Source: Arenicellales bacterium (GTDB taxonomy: Bacteria; Pseudomonadota; Gammaproteobacteria; Arenicellales; Spongiicolonaceae). From it: a stretch of 35,943 nucleotides of DNA. A model generated the notes under the pieces. That model saw only the letters and a list, made by a program, of their open reading frames with translations. It was not told the origin of the DNA and searched no databases. Position 1 is the first letter of the stretch; the number at the start of each line of letters is the position of its first letter. Made by a program: the position numbers and the translations under genes. This document shows positions 17,261-24,902 of the stretch, piece by piece. The stretch covers positions 1-35,943 of the forward strand of contig JAPYMU010000177.1 of the NCBI GenBank assembly GCA_028286165.1, in the 5' to 3' direction.

Positions 17261-18160
17261 TCAGCCCCGGGGATGATGTTTGCGGTGCAACTCCCGCAGC
17301 CGCAGCCGCGCCACATGGGTGTAGATTTGCGTGGTGGATAAATCGCGGTGCCCCAGCAGCGCCTGCACCGTTCGCAGGTCGGCGCCGTGGTTCAGCAGGT
17401 GGGTGGCGAAAGCGTGGCGCAGAATGTGCGGCGACAGCGGCTTGGCAATGGCGGCGCGGCGGCCGTGACGTTTAATCAGTTGCCAGAAACCCTGCCGGCT
17501 CAGCGGCCGCGCGCGCGCGCTGAGAAACAGAAAATCACTCGCGCCGCCGGCCGCCAGTTGCGGGCGGGCATCGGCAAGGTAACGGCCGAGCCACTCCACC
17601 GCCTCCTCGCCCAGGGGCACCAGCCGCTCGCGCCCGCCCTTGCCCGCCACCCGCACCACGCCGTCGCCAAGTTTCACCTCGCCGAAGCGCAGCCGCACCA
17701 ACTCCGACACCCGCAGGCCGGTGGCGTACAGCACTTCCAGCATGGCGCGGTCGCGCAGGCCCAGCCGGGCGCCGACATCGGGTGCGGCGAGGAGTTGCTC
17801 CACCTCGTCCTCGGACAAACTGTGCGGCAGGCCGCGGCCGGTTTTGGGCGCGTCCACATCCAGCGTCGGGTCGGCGCCGATTAAATTCTCGCGCAGCGCC
17901 CAGCGGTAAAAACGTTTCAGCGCCGACAGCAGCCGCGCGCTGCTGCGCGGCCCGGCGCTGGCCGCGGCGCGCTCGGCAAGGTAGCGCATCACCTCACCGC
18001 GCCCGGCGCCGAGCAACTGCAGCCGGCGGCACGCCAGGTGGCGGGAGAAGCCGCGCAAGTCGCTGCGGTAGGCGTCCAGCGTGTTTTGACTCAGGCCCGA
18101 CTCAAGCCACAGCGCATCCAAAAACTGGTCCACGCACGCGCCGTCGCGCCCATCAGCCAT
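17261..18160 (-). CDS. xerD: Site-specific tyrosine recombinase XerD
   Basis: Motifs DQFLDALWLESGLSQNTLDAYRSDLRGF and ATGLRVSELV, plus the C-terminal catalytic block HILRHAFATHLLNHGADLRTVQALLGHRDLSTTQIYTHV. Confidence 0.9.
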   Translation of the reverse strand: MADGRDGACVDQFLDALWLESGLSQNTLDAYRSDLRGFSRHLACRRLQLLGAGRGEVMRYLAERAAASAGPRSSARLLSALKRFYRWALRENLIGADPTLDVDAPKTGRGLPHSLSEDEVEQLLAAPDVGARLGLRDRAMLEVLYATGLRVSELVRLRFGEVKLGDGVVRVAGKGGRERLVPLGEEAVEWLGRYLADARPQLAAGGASDFLFLSARARPLSRQGFWQLIKRHGRRAAIAKPLSPHILRHAFATHLLNHGADLRTVQALLGHRDLSTTQIYTHVARLRLRELHRKHHPRG

Positions 18161-18163
18161 GGT

Positions 18164-19960
18164 TTACTCGGCGGCGGGCGGCGGCGACAGGTGCAACTTT
18201 TCCATGCGCCGCCGCAGACTGGCGCGCGCCGCCGGCTCTTTGACTCCGCGCAAAATGGATTCATACATCAGCCGCGCATCGCCGGCCAGCCGCGCAGAGG
18301 TCAACTCCTCGGCGGCGCGAAAGCGCGCGCTCTGCCCCCAGCGGTCCAGGCCGTCTTCCTTCATCATTGCCGAGCGCAAATACAACTCGGCGGCGCGCGC
18401 ATGGCGGCCGGCGGCGGATTCCGACTGCGCGGTCCAATAAAGCAACTCGCGCTTCTGCTGCACCACGGTGATGCGCGGCGCAATTTTTTCCATCAAGTTA
18501 AGCGCGGTTTCATGCTCCTCCACTTTCTGAAAATCAAAAATCACCTGCAGCACACGGTCGACTTGTTTTTCGTCCAACTCCCCGGTGTCGGCAATCGCCT
18601 GCGCCACCGCCTGCGCGGCGTGGGTGAAGTCGCCGCCGTAAACGCCGATTTGCGCGCGGCGCAGGTTCCAGTCCAGGGCCGCAACCTCCGGCGGCGGCGT
18701 CACCAGCCCGCGCAACAAAACAGCGGCGCGCTTCGGGTCGCCGGCGGCGGTGGCTTTTTCGGCAAGTTCGTAACGGGCGACCAGCGGAATATCGCCGGCG
18801 CCGCCCAAACCCTCACCCTCGCCATACAGCACAAACGCAAGCCCGGCCCGCCCGGCCGCCAGCAGCGAAAAAAGAAAATGGGTGTGCGCGGTGCGGCGCA
18901 GTTGCTCCTGCCCGGCGCGGCGAATTACATGCGCAAACATCGCCCGCGCGCCGGTGGGTGAGGTTTTGCGCAGCAAAAGAGCGGCGTCCAGCCACGGCGC
19001 ATAATCGCCGTCCACCAAATACAGCGCATTTGCATCCGGCACCGCCAACTCGGAATACGCATCCAGCAGTTCGGCCACTCCGCCCGCCACCAGCGGCAGC
19101 GACTCCGGCGGCGCGTCCACCAGCAGCGCCATCTCCAGCGCCTCCACCCGCGCGGCAAAATTATTTTGCACCGCCGCCGCCTCCGCCGTCACCAGCCACA
19201 GGTCACGGCGCAGCGCACTGCGCGCCGCCAGCCCCTCGCGCAGCGACCCGGCCTGCGCCGCCACCTCCTCCGGCGTGTAAGCCGCCGAGCGCAGCCGGCC
19301 GAGCAGCAGCATGGCCCGCGCCTCCGCCGACTGCAGTGCGGCCAGGTGCGCCACCGCCTCCTCGGCTTCGCCCGCCGCCAGCAGCGCGCGGCCGGCCAGC
19401 AGGCTCCACGCCGTGTCATCGGGGCGGTATTCCAGATGAAACCGCCGCGCGGCGGTGCGCGCATCGGCGAATTTGCCCTCGCTGAGATAAGCGCGAATCA
19501 CCGCCCGCCGCCAGCCGGCCAAATGTGCGGCGGCGTCCACGGCTTCACCGTCTTCAACGGCGCCTTCACCATTCGCCCAAATCAATTCGCGCAACTGCCG
19601 GCGGGCGGCTTCACCGTCACCGTTTTGCAGCGCGGCCTCGGCGCGCCATGTTCGCAACTCGAGTTTCTGCTGCGCGCCAAGCCCGGCCGGCAACTCGCGC
19701 CAGCGCGCCAGCGCCTCGCCCCACCGCCGCCGCAACTGCAGCACCTGCCACCGCTTGCGCTCCCAGTGCATCCACGCCGGGTGTTCCACTGAAGGCGGCT
19801 GCGACTCGTCCACCAGCCGCTGCGCCAGCCCCGGCGCCCCGGCGCGAATCATTAAATCCACTTCCGCCAGCCCCACCCGGCGCGGCGGTTCCTCCTGTGC
19901 GCCAACCGCCGGCGGCAAAACCAAAAACGCCGCAAGAATCCACAGCCGCAAAAAAAACAT
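18164..19960 (-). CDS. Hypothetical secreted all-helical (TPR-like) protein
   Basis: Track ORF 18164..20038 trimmed to ATG 19960, which gives a classical signal peptide MFFLRLWILAAFLVLPPAVGAQ/EE. The protein is 598 aa, rich in Ala/Leu/Arg/Glu, with no motif I recognise. Its stop lies 3 nt before the xerD ATG. Confidence 0.65.
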   Translation of the reverse strand: MFFLRLWILAAFLVLPPAVGAQEEPPRRVGLAEVDLMIRAGAPGLAQRLVDESQPPSVEHPAWMHWERKRWQVLQLRRRWGEALARWRELPAGLGAQQKLELRTWRAEAALQNGDGEAARRQLRELIWANGEGAVEDGEAVDAAAHLAGWRRAVIRAYLSEGKFADARTAARRFHLEYRPDDTAWSLLAGRALLAAGEAEEAVAHLAALQSAEARAMLLLGRLRSAAYTPEEVAAQAGSLREGLAARSALRRDLWLVTAEAAAVQNNFAARVEALEMALLVDAPPESLPLVAGGVAELLDAYSELAVPDANALYLVDGDYAPWLDAALLLRKTSPTGARAMFAHVIRRAGQEQLRRTAHTHFLFSLLAAGRAGLAFVLYGEGEGLGGAGDIPLVARYELAEKATAAGDPKRAAVLLRGLVTPPPEVAALDWNLRRAQIGVYGGDFTHAAQAVAQAIADTGELDEKQVDRVLQVIFDFQKVEEHETALNLMEKIAPRITVVQQKRELLYWTAQSESAAGRHARAAELYLRSAMMKEDGLDRWGQSARFRAAEELTSARLAGDARLMYESILRGVKEPAARASLRRRMEKLHLSPPPAAE

Positions 19961-19978
19961 GCGGCGATTGTAGCACTG

Positions 19979-20104
19979 CAAACGGTGGTTTGAAGTGCAG
20001 AAACGATGGTTGCAGTGACTGGAATGGTGGTTTGACATGCGAAAGCGGCGGTTGCGGTGGCCGGAATGATGGTTTGGCTTGCAGGAACGGTGGTTGCAGC
20101 GGCG
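19979..20104. repeat. Tandem array of six 21-bp units (three 42-bp super-units)
   Basis: GGTT cores at 19987, 20008, 20029, 20050, 20071 and 20092. Units: caaacGGTGGTTTGaagtgca, gaaacGATGGTTGCagtgact, ggaatGGTGGTTTGacatgcg, aaagcGGCGGTTGCggtggcc, ggaatGATGGTTTGgcttgca, ggaacGGTGGTTGCagcggcg. Confidence 0.9.
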
Positions 20105-20107
20105 GCG

Positions 20108-21097
20108 TCACCATGCAAAGTCCAGAAACTTCGGCGGCGGCGGCTCCGGGCGGCGGGGCGGGGCCGGGTTCAGCGGGCGGCCGTGGAGAATCCCGGCGTA
20201 TTTTTTCACGTAGTTTTCGGCCATGCTGCGGGCGGAGAAAGTTTCCACCGCATGCCGGCGGCAGATTTCCTGGTCAAAGCGGCCGGCCTCACCGATGGCC
20301 TTAATTAATTCAGCGGCGCTGGCGGACAGGACGCCGGTGTCATGGGTGACAATTTCGGGCAGCGCGCCGTAGGGCGTGGCAAAAACCGGGCAGCCGCAGA
20401 ACAAACTTTCAATCACCGCCAGCCCGAACGGCTCCCGCCACAGCACCGGAAAAATCAGCCCGCGCGAGCGGCTCATGATGGCGTATTTTGCGCGGTCGTC
20501 CACCTGCCCGGCGAAACGTACGCGCGGGTCAAAGGTGAAGCGCGCGCCCATGCGCAAATTAAACCGGCGGCCGCCGAGCACCTGCAGCCGCTGGCCGCTT
20601 TTGCGCGCCAGGCGAATCGCGCCGCGCACGTTTTTGCGGCGGAATGCGGCGTTGCCGAGAAAGTGAAAATATTTGCGCGGTTGCGCAAGGGAAAACGGCG
20701 GCATGGAATCCCAGTGCAGTCCGTTGTGCACATAACAATCGGAACCGTAACTTTGCGCATGCGCGCGCGAGACGAAAACCGTGTTGCGGTGGCATTCCGG
20801 GTACGGGTGCGACTCGGTGTGGCAGGTGTAAAGGTGGGGGCGGCGGGTGCGGTGCGGGTGATGGTCATGAAAGTGGACCAGGTCGGCGTCCGCCGGCACA
20901 AACGGGTCCACATCGGAACCGACCGAAAAATCGGCGGCGACGATTTTTGCAAAAGAACATTTTTCCGCGCGCGCCGCCAAAAATGTCACGCGGTGGCCCA
21001 ACTCGGCCAGCCCGCGGCCGAGGGCCCAAACCACGCGGTCGGTGGCGCCGTATTTCATCGCCGGGTGCCAGGAGTGGAAGGCGAGGACGATGTTCAT
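20108..21097 (-). CDS. Glycosyltransferase, GT-B fold (family 4-like)
   Basis: Track ORF starts at TTG 21139; I trimmed it to ATG 21097 (MNIVLAFHSWHPAMKYGATDRVVWALGRGLAELGHRVTF). The C-terminal sugar-donor motif is LWREPFGLAVIESLFCGCPVFATPYGALPEIV (E-x7-E). Confidence 0.85.
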   Translation of the reverse strand: MNIVLAFHSWHPAMKYGATDRVVWALGRGLAELGHRVTFLAARAEKCSFAKIVAADFSVGSDVDPFVPADADLVHFHDHHPHRTRRPHLYTCHTESHPYPECHRNTVFVSRAHAQSYGSDCYVHNGLHWDSMPPFSLAQPRKYFHFLGNAAFRRKNVRGAIRLARKSGQRLQVLGGRRFNLRMGARFTFDPRVRFAGQVDDRAKYAIMSRSRGLIFPVLWREPFGLAVIESLFCGCPVFATPYGALPEIVTHDTGVLSASAAELIKAIGEAGRFDQEICRRHAVETFSARSMAENYVKKYAGILHGRPLNPAPPRRPEPPPPKFLDFAW

Positions 21098-21221
21098 TCC
21101 GTTGCCACCATCAACCCGGCGCCATTGCGCCAAAAGCAAAACTTAAAACATGCGCAAACCTTCTCTGAAAAACTGCGGCCGCTAACCCCACCCCAGCAAA
21201 CGGCGGCGGGCCAATTTTGCT

Positions 21222-22094
21222 CTATCCCGCCAGCCCAAGAATCGCGGGGGGGGGGGGGGGACGGTGGTTAACTCTTAGCGTCTGCCAAGTGAAGTTCAGA
21301 AAAATTCTGCTGTGGCCGCCGCCTTGCACGGTGTGAAGCTCGCGCTTTTTGCGCAGGAAAATTTCACCGTTGCGCTCGGATTTGCGGCTTAGGCTGTGGT
21401 AAGCGCGGCCGCGGTCCACTTCGGCGCGAGTGATGCAGGGATAGGCCGGGGGGAAATACAACGTGCGGGTGCCGTTGCAACGGTGGAATAGCGCAAAGTG
21501 CACGTCTTCTGAGCCGTATTCACCGGAGAATTCCTCGTCGTAACCGAACAATTCCAGAAACCGGCCGCGGGACAACAGAAAAGTGTTGTCGTTCTTGCCC
21601 ATGGGCCTGCCGTTTCTTGTGATGGACTGCCCTTTGAGCATGGCGGCAAATCTTCTGAGCGGGCGCATGGGACGGCCGCAGCCCAACTCGTAATCCACGC
21701 ACCAGAATTTATACATGCGTTTACCCAGATTTTTTTTGCGCAAAATTGCGCGCAAAGTTTCCTGTGGAAACACGTAATCCATATCGCTCAGTAAAATTTT
21801 ATCTGAGTGGGCGACAGTCGCGCCCAAGTTGCGCGCGCCGCCGTTGTTCCACGGAATGTTTTCGTTGATGCGAAGCCAAACGAGATTTAAGTCATAATGC
21901 GGCAGCGTCCAGCGCAGCGGCGAGCCATCGTCCACCACCACAAAACACACCCGCGCCAGCACATCATCGGCGTAGGATTGGTAAGTTCGCAACAGCGAGA
22001 ATAAACTCCCGGCGCTATTCTGGTCAAAGTAACACGGGATGACCAACGTCAACTCGGTTCCCGCATACCCGGCTGTTTGGCTTGCATTGTTCAT
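21222..22094 (-). CDS. Glycosyltransferase family 2-like protein
   Basis: ATGA overlap with the lnt stop. GT-A motifs LTLVIPCYFD, FVVVDDGS, NNGGARNLGA and LLSDMDY. GC content is clearly lower than in the flanks (several 60-nt lines are 42-58% GC). The 3' end contains a C15 run translated as PPPPP. Confidence 0.8.
   Translation of the reverse strand: MNNASQTAGYAGTELTLVIPCYFDQNSAGSLFSLLRTYQSYADDVLARVCFVVVDDGSPLRWTLPHYDLNLVWLRINENIPWNNGGARNLGATVAHSDKILLSDMDYVFPQETLRAILRKKNLGKRMYKFWCVDYELGCGRPMRPLRRFAAMLKGQSITRNGRPMGKNDNTFLLSRGRFLELFGYDEEFSGEYGSEDVHFALFHRCNGTRTLYFPPAYPCITRAEVDRGRAYHSLSRKSERNGEIFLRKKRELHTVQGGGHSRIFLNFTWQTLRVNHRPPPPPAILGLAG
21246..21260. repeat. Homopolymeric tract G15 (C15 on the coding strand)
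   Basis: Counted directly: five G at 21246-21250 plus ten at 21251-21260. The tract lies 8 codons before the GT2 stop. Confidence 0.95.
21257..21274. repeat. Single collapsed copy of the 21-bp unit family (GGGGACGGTGGTTAACTC)
   Basis: The same 18 nt occur split around 39 nt of extra units at 25905-25917 and 25957-25961. Confidence 0.7.
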
Positions 22095-23614
22095 TGCGTT
22101 TCTACCTGCGTGTTGCGCGTCAGGAACACCGCCACCAATACCAGCGCGCTGAGAAATATTATAAGCGGCGCGCTGCCGTGGTTCACGAAAGGCGTGGCGC
22201 CGGTTCTGGGCTGCACGGTGCCGCGCAGGATTTGCGTCCGGAATTGTTCGCTGGCGTTGGTGACGCCGCCGTTAAAGTCGATGAAGGCGGAGGGCCCGGT
22301 GTTGGCGGCGCGCGCCATGGGGCGGCCGGTTTCACGCGCGCGCATTTGCGCCATCTGCAGGCGCTGGTGCGGGGCCAGGGAGTTGCCGAACCAGGCGTCC
22401 TCGCTGAGGTTGATTAAAAAATTCGCGGCCGGCAGCGCGCGGCGGATTTGTTCCGGGAAAGCGTCCTCGTAGCAGATGGAAACCCCGGCGCGGGCGCCGC
22501 CGACGGTGAACGGCTGCTGCGCGCCGCGCCAGGCTGAAAAATTGGCCATGGGAATCTGCAGGTGGTCCAGCATGAAACGAAACACGTCGCCGAAGGGCAG
22601 GTATTCGCCGAACGGCACCAGATGCTGTTTGCGGTAAACCGCAAGGCCGGCATGGGTGACGGCGGCGGCGCTGTTGTATTCGCTGCCGCCGGCGGCGCGC
22701 TCCAGAACGCCGAGCACGGTGTCGGCGCCGGCGGCGCGCACCTGCCGCCAGAAATTTTCCGGCGCCTGGTGCAAAAAGCCGGGCACCGCCCCCTCCGGCC
22801 AAATCACCAGGTCGGCGCCGGCGGCGGCATCAAAGTGCAGCGCGAGGTAACGCTCGCGCACCGTGTCCACGGCGCCGGGCGCCCACTTGTCGCGCAATGG
22901 GACGTTGCCCTGGACCACGGCGATGTTAATCGGGGCGCCGGCGGGGGCGCTCCATTGCACGGCGCCGAGGGCGGCGCCGCCGGCGAGAATGGCGGCGGCG
23001 GCGGTGAGGGCGGCGGTGCGCTGGCGGAAATTGCCGCGCGCCACGGTGACCACGGCGCCGGCCAGCACCGCGGTGGCGAAGCCGGCGCCGTGCACGCCGC
23101 TGAGCGGGGCGTAGTTGGCGAGCACGCCATCGGTGGCGGCGTAGCCGAGGCTGAGCCAGGGAAAGCCGGTGAACATCCACTCGCGCAGCCACTCAAACAA
23201 CGTCCACAACGCCGGCGCCGCCACCAACATGCGCGGCGCGCGGCCGCCGGGCAGGATTGCGCTGAGCGCGCCGGCCGCCGCCGGGTAGAGGGCGAGCAGC
23301 CCGACAAACACGGCGACGGTGAGGGCGGCGAGGGCGGCGTGCATGTTGCCGTAGTCGTGCAGACTGAAATAAATCCACGACACCCCGGCGCCGAACATGC
23401 CGATGCCGAAGGCAAAACCGGTGAACAGCCCGCGCCGCGCGCCGCCGCCGTCCCACAGCCAGAACAGCGCGGCCAAAACCGGCACCGCCAGCCAGCCGAA
23501 AGTGAACGGCGCGAAAGCGGCGACAAAAGCGGCGCCGAGCAGGCCGGCGGCGGTGGCCGACAGCAGAACCGACTCGCGGCCGCGCCTCCGGCCGGGCGCA
23601 GCGCCGTGGTTCAG
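22091..23614 (-). CDS. lnt: Apolipoprotein N-acyltransferase (start codon unresolved; probably CTG 23614)
   Basis: CN-hydrolase triad contexts VIWPEGAVP, RKQHLVPFGEYLP and AGVSICYEDAFPE. The track start GTG 23485 removes the conserved first TM helix. The same frame is open upstream and reads ...GRRRGRESVLLSATAAGLLGAAFVAAFAPFTFGWLAV, which matches the Lnt N-terminus. It contains no ATG, GTG or TTG. Starting at CTG 23614 gives 507 aa. Confidence 0.85.
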   Translation of the reverse strand: MNHGAAPGRRRGRESVLLSATAAGLLGAAFVAAFAPFTFGWLAVPVLAALFWLWDGGGARRGLFTGFAFGIGMFGAGVSWIYFSLHDYGNMHAALAALTVAVFVGLLALYPAAAGALSAILPGGRAPRMLVAAPALWTLFEWLREWMFTGFPWLSLGYAATDGVLANYAPLSGVHGAGFATAVLAGAVVTVARGNFRQRTAALTAAAAILAGGAALGAVQWSAPAGAPINIAVVQGNVPLRDKWAPGAVDTVRERYLALHFDAAAGADLVIWPEGAVPGFLHQAPENFWRQVRAAGADTVLGVLERAAGGSEYNSAAAVTHAGLAVYRKQHLVPFGEYLPFGDVFRFMLDHLQIPMANFSAWRGAQQPFTVGGARAGVSICYEDAFPEQIRRALPAANFLINLSEDAWFGNSLAPHQRLQMAQMRARETGRPMARAANTGPSAFIDFNGGVTNASEQFRTQILRGTVQPRTGATPFVNHGSAPLIIFLSALVLVAVFLTRNTQVETQ

Positions 23615-24462
23615 GGCGCGCCTCCGGCGGCCTGGGTGCGCCGCACGCGCAGCAGGTAAACGCGGCGGCTGTCGGCGTTCAGCACTTCAAACACGAAACC
23701 CTCCATGCCGACGGTCTCGCCGCGCTTCGGCACATGGGCGAAAGCGCGGGTGACCAGGCCGCCGATGGTGTCCAGTTCCTGGTCGCTGAAGTCGGCGCCG
23801 AAATATTTGTTGAAGTCCTCTATGGGAATGTGCGCCTTGACCGTGAACTCGTCGCGGCCGCGCGGCAGAATCATGCCCTCCTCGTCAAAGTCGTGCTCGT
23901 CCTCAATGTCGCCGACAATTTGCTCCAGCACATCTTCAATGGTGACCAGGCCCGAGGCGTCGCCGTATTCGTCCACCACGATGGCCATGTGGTTGCGGCC
24001 GGCGCGGAACTCGCCGAGCAGGACGTTGAGCCGCTTGCTTTCCGGAATGAACACCGGCGGGCGCAGCCAGTCGCGCAACTTGAAGCGGCGGCCGGCGCTG
24101 TCGTGGAAGTGGCGCAGCAAGTCCTTGGCCAGGAAGATGCCGGCCACCTTGCCGGGCTCGCCGTCCACCACCGGAAAGCGCGAGTGCGCCGACTGGACCA
24201 GCACTTCCAGCATCTTTTCCGGCGGCCAGTCTTTGCCGACCGTCACCATGTTCTTGCGCGGAATCATCACATCGCGCACGCGCAACTCGGACACTTGCAG
24301 CACGCGCTCGATGGTGTCGGCAGCCTCCTGGCCGATGACTTCGCCGAAGCGGCGCAGCAACTCCAGAAATTCTTCGCGGGTTTCCGGCTCATGGTGCATG
24401 CGCCTGGCGAGTTTTTTAACCAGAACCCGCAGCGGCCTGGGAATTTTTCCGTTGTCGTTCAT
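23611..24462 (-). CDS. corC: CBS-pair / CorC_HlyC domain magnesium-cobalt efflux-associated protein
   Basis: Track ORF trimmed to ATG 24462 (MNDNGKIPRPL...), an ATGA overlap with ybeY. Motifs RVRDVMIPRKNM, AHSRFPVV and DEYGDASGLVTIEDVLEQIVGDIEDEHD. Confidence 0.9.
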   Translation of the reverse strand: MNDNGKIPRPLRVLVKKLARRMHHEPETREEFLELLRRFGEVIGQEAADTIERVLQVSELRVRDVMIPRKNMVTVGKDWPPEKMLEVLVQSAHSRFPVVDGEPGKVAGIFLAKDLLRHFHDSAGRRFKLRDWLRPPVFIPESKRLNVLLGEFRAGRNHMAIVVDEYGDASGLVTIEDVLEQIVGDIEDEHDFDEEGMILPRGRDEFTVKAHIPIEDFNKYFGADFSDQELDTIGGLVTRAFAHVPKRGETVGMEGFVFEVLNADSRRVYLLRVRRTQAAGGAP

Positions 24463-24902
24463 AATCGCGTAAAACCGCAGCGGCGCAGAATTGCGCTTTC
24501 CAGGGTTTCCATTGTAGCCGCTTCGGCGTCGCCCTGGTGGTCGTAGCCGCACAGGTGCAGGACGCCGTGCACCACCAGATGCGCCCAGTGCTCGGCCGGC
24601 GCGCGCCCCAGTTGCGCCGCCTCGCGCAGCGCCAGCGGCGCGCATAAAACCACGTCGCCGAGGATGGCGGTGGCGGTGTGCGGCGGGTCCTCAAAAGGAA
24701 ACGACAGCACATTGGCGGCCCGCGCCCGGCCGCGGTAGGCGCGGTTCAGCGATGCGCTTTCCGCCTCGTCCACAATACGCAGCGTCACCTCGCCATCGGC
24801 GCGGCCCGCCTGGGCCAGCGCGGCGCGCACCCAGCGGCTGAGGGCGGCGGCGGCGGGAACCGGCGCGGCGGTGGCGGTCTGGACGGCGACGGCGGCGGTC
24901 AC
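24459..24902 (-). CDS. ybeY: rRNA maturation endoribonuclease YbeY
   Basis: GTGA overlap with phoH. Metal motif HLVVHGVLHLCGYDH. Confidence 0.92.
   Translation of the reverse strand: MTAAVAVQTATAAPVPAAAALSRWVRAALAQAGRADGEVTLRIVDEAESASLNRAYRGRARAANVLSFPFEDPPHTATAILGDVVLCAPLALREAAQLGRAPAEHWAHLVVHGVLHLCGYDHQGDAEAATMETLESAILRRCGFTRL

Noticed and set aside
17241-17272. Direct repeat CAGCCCCGG x2 and hairpin CCCCGG/CCGGGG right after tRNA-Glu, next to a tyrosine recombinase gene: an integrated island?
   Set aside because: The recombinase has the XerD N-terminus and catalytic block and is the housekeeping dimer resolvase. The 9-nt repeat does not duplicate the tRNA 3' end. The hairpin sits between the convergent tRNA and xerD ends and is adequately explained as a shared terminator-like structure.
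19979-20104. Could the 21-bp array be a CRISPR array?
   Set aside because: The units abut each other with no unique spacers and are degenerate (42-bp alternation). They are shorter than typical CRISPR repeats, and no cas genes are in the window.
20108-20110. TGA between GT4 and the repeat array as a selenocysteine codon
   Set aside because: I found no SECIS-like hairpin immediately downstream, since the following sequence is the unstructured C/A-rich repeat. Nothing suggests a selenoprotein context. I kept this only as a low-interest read-through observation.
19525-20304. Plus-strand ORF translating the array as a Cys-rich heptad peptide (NGGLKCR NDGCSDW NGGLTCE...), and minus-strand ORFs 19852..20118 and 19617..20114
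   Set aside because: All frames are open across a stop-free 21-nt repeat, so openness is not evidence of coding. These ORFs otherwise overlap the well-supported GT4 and secreted-protein genes and have no ribosome-binding sites.
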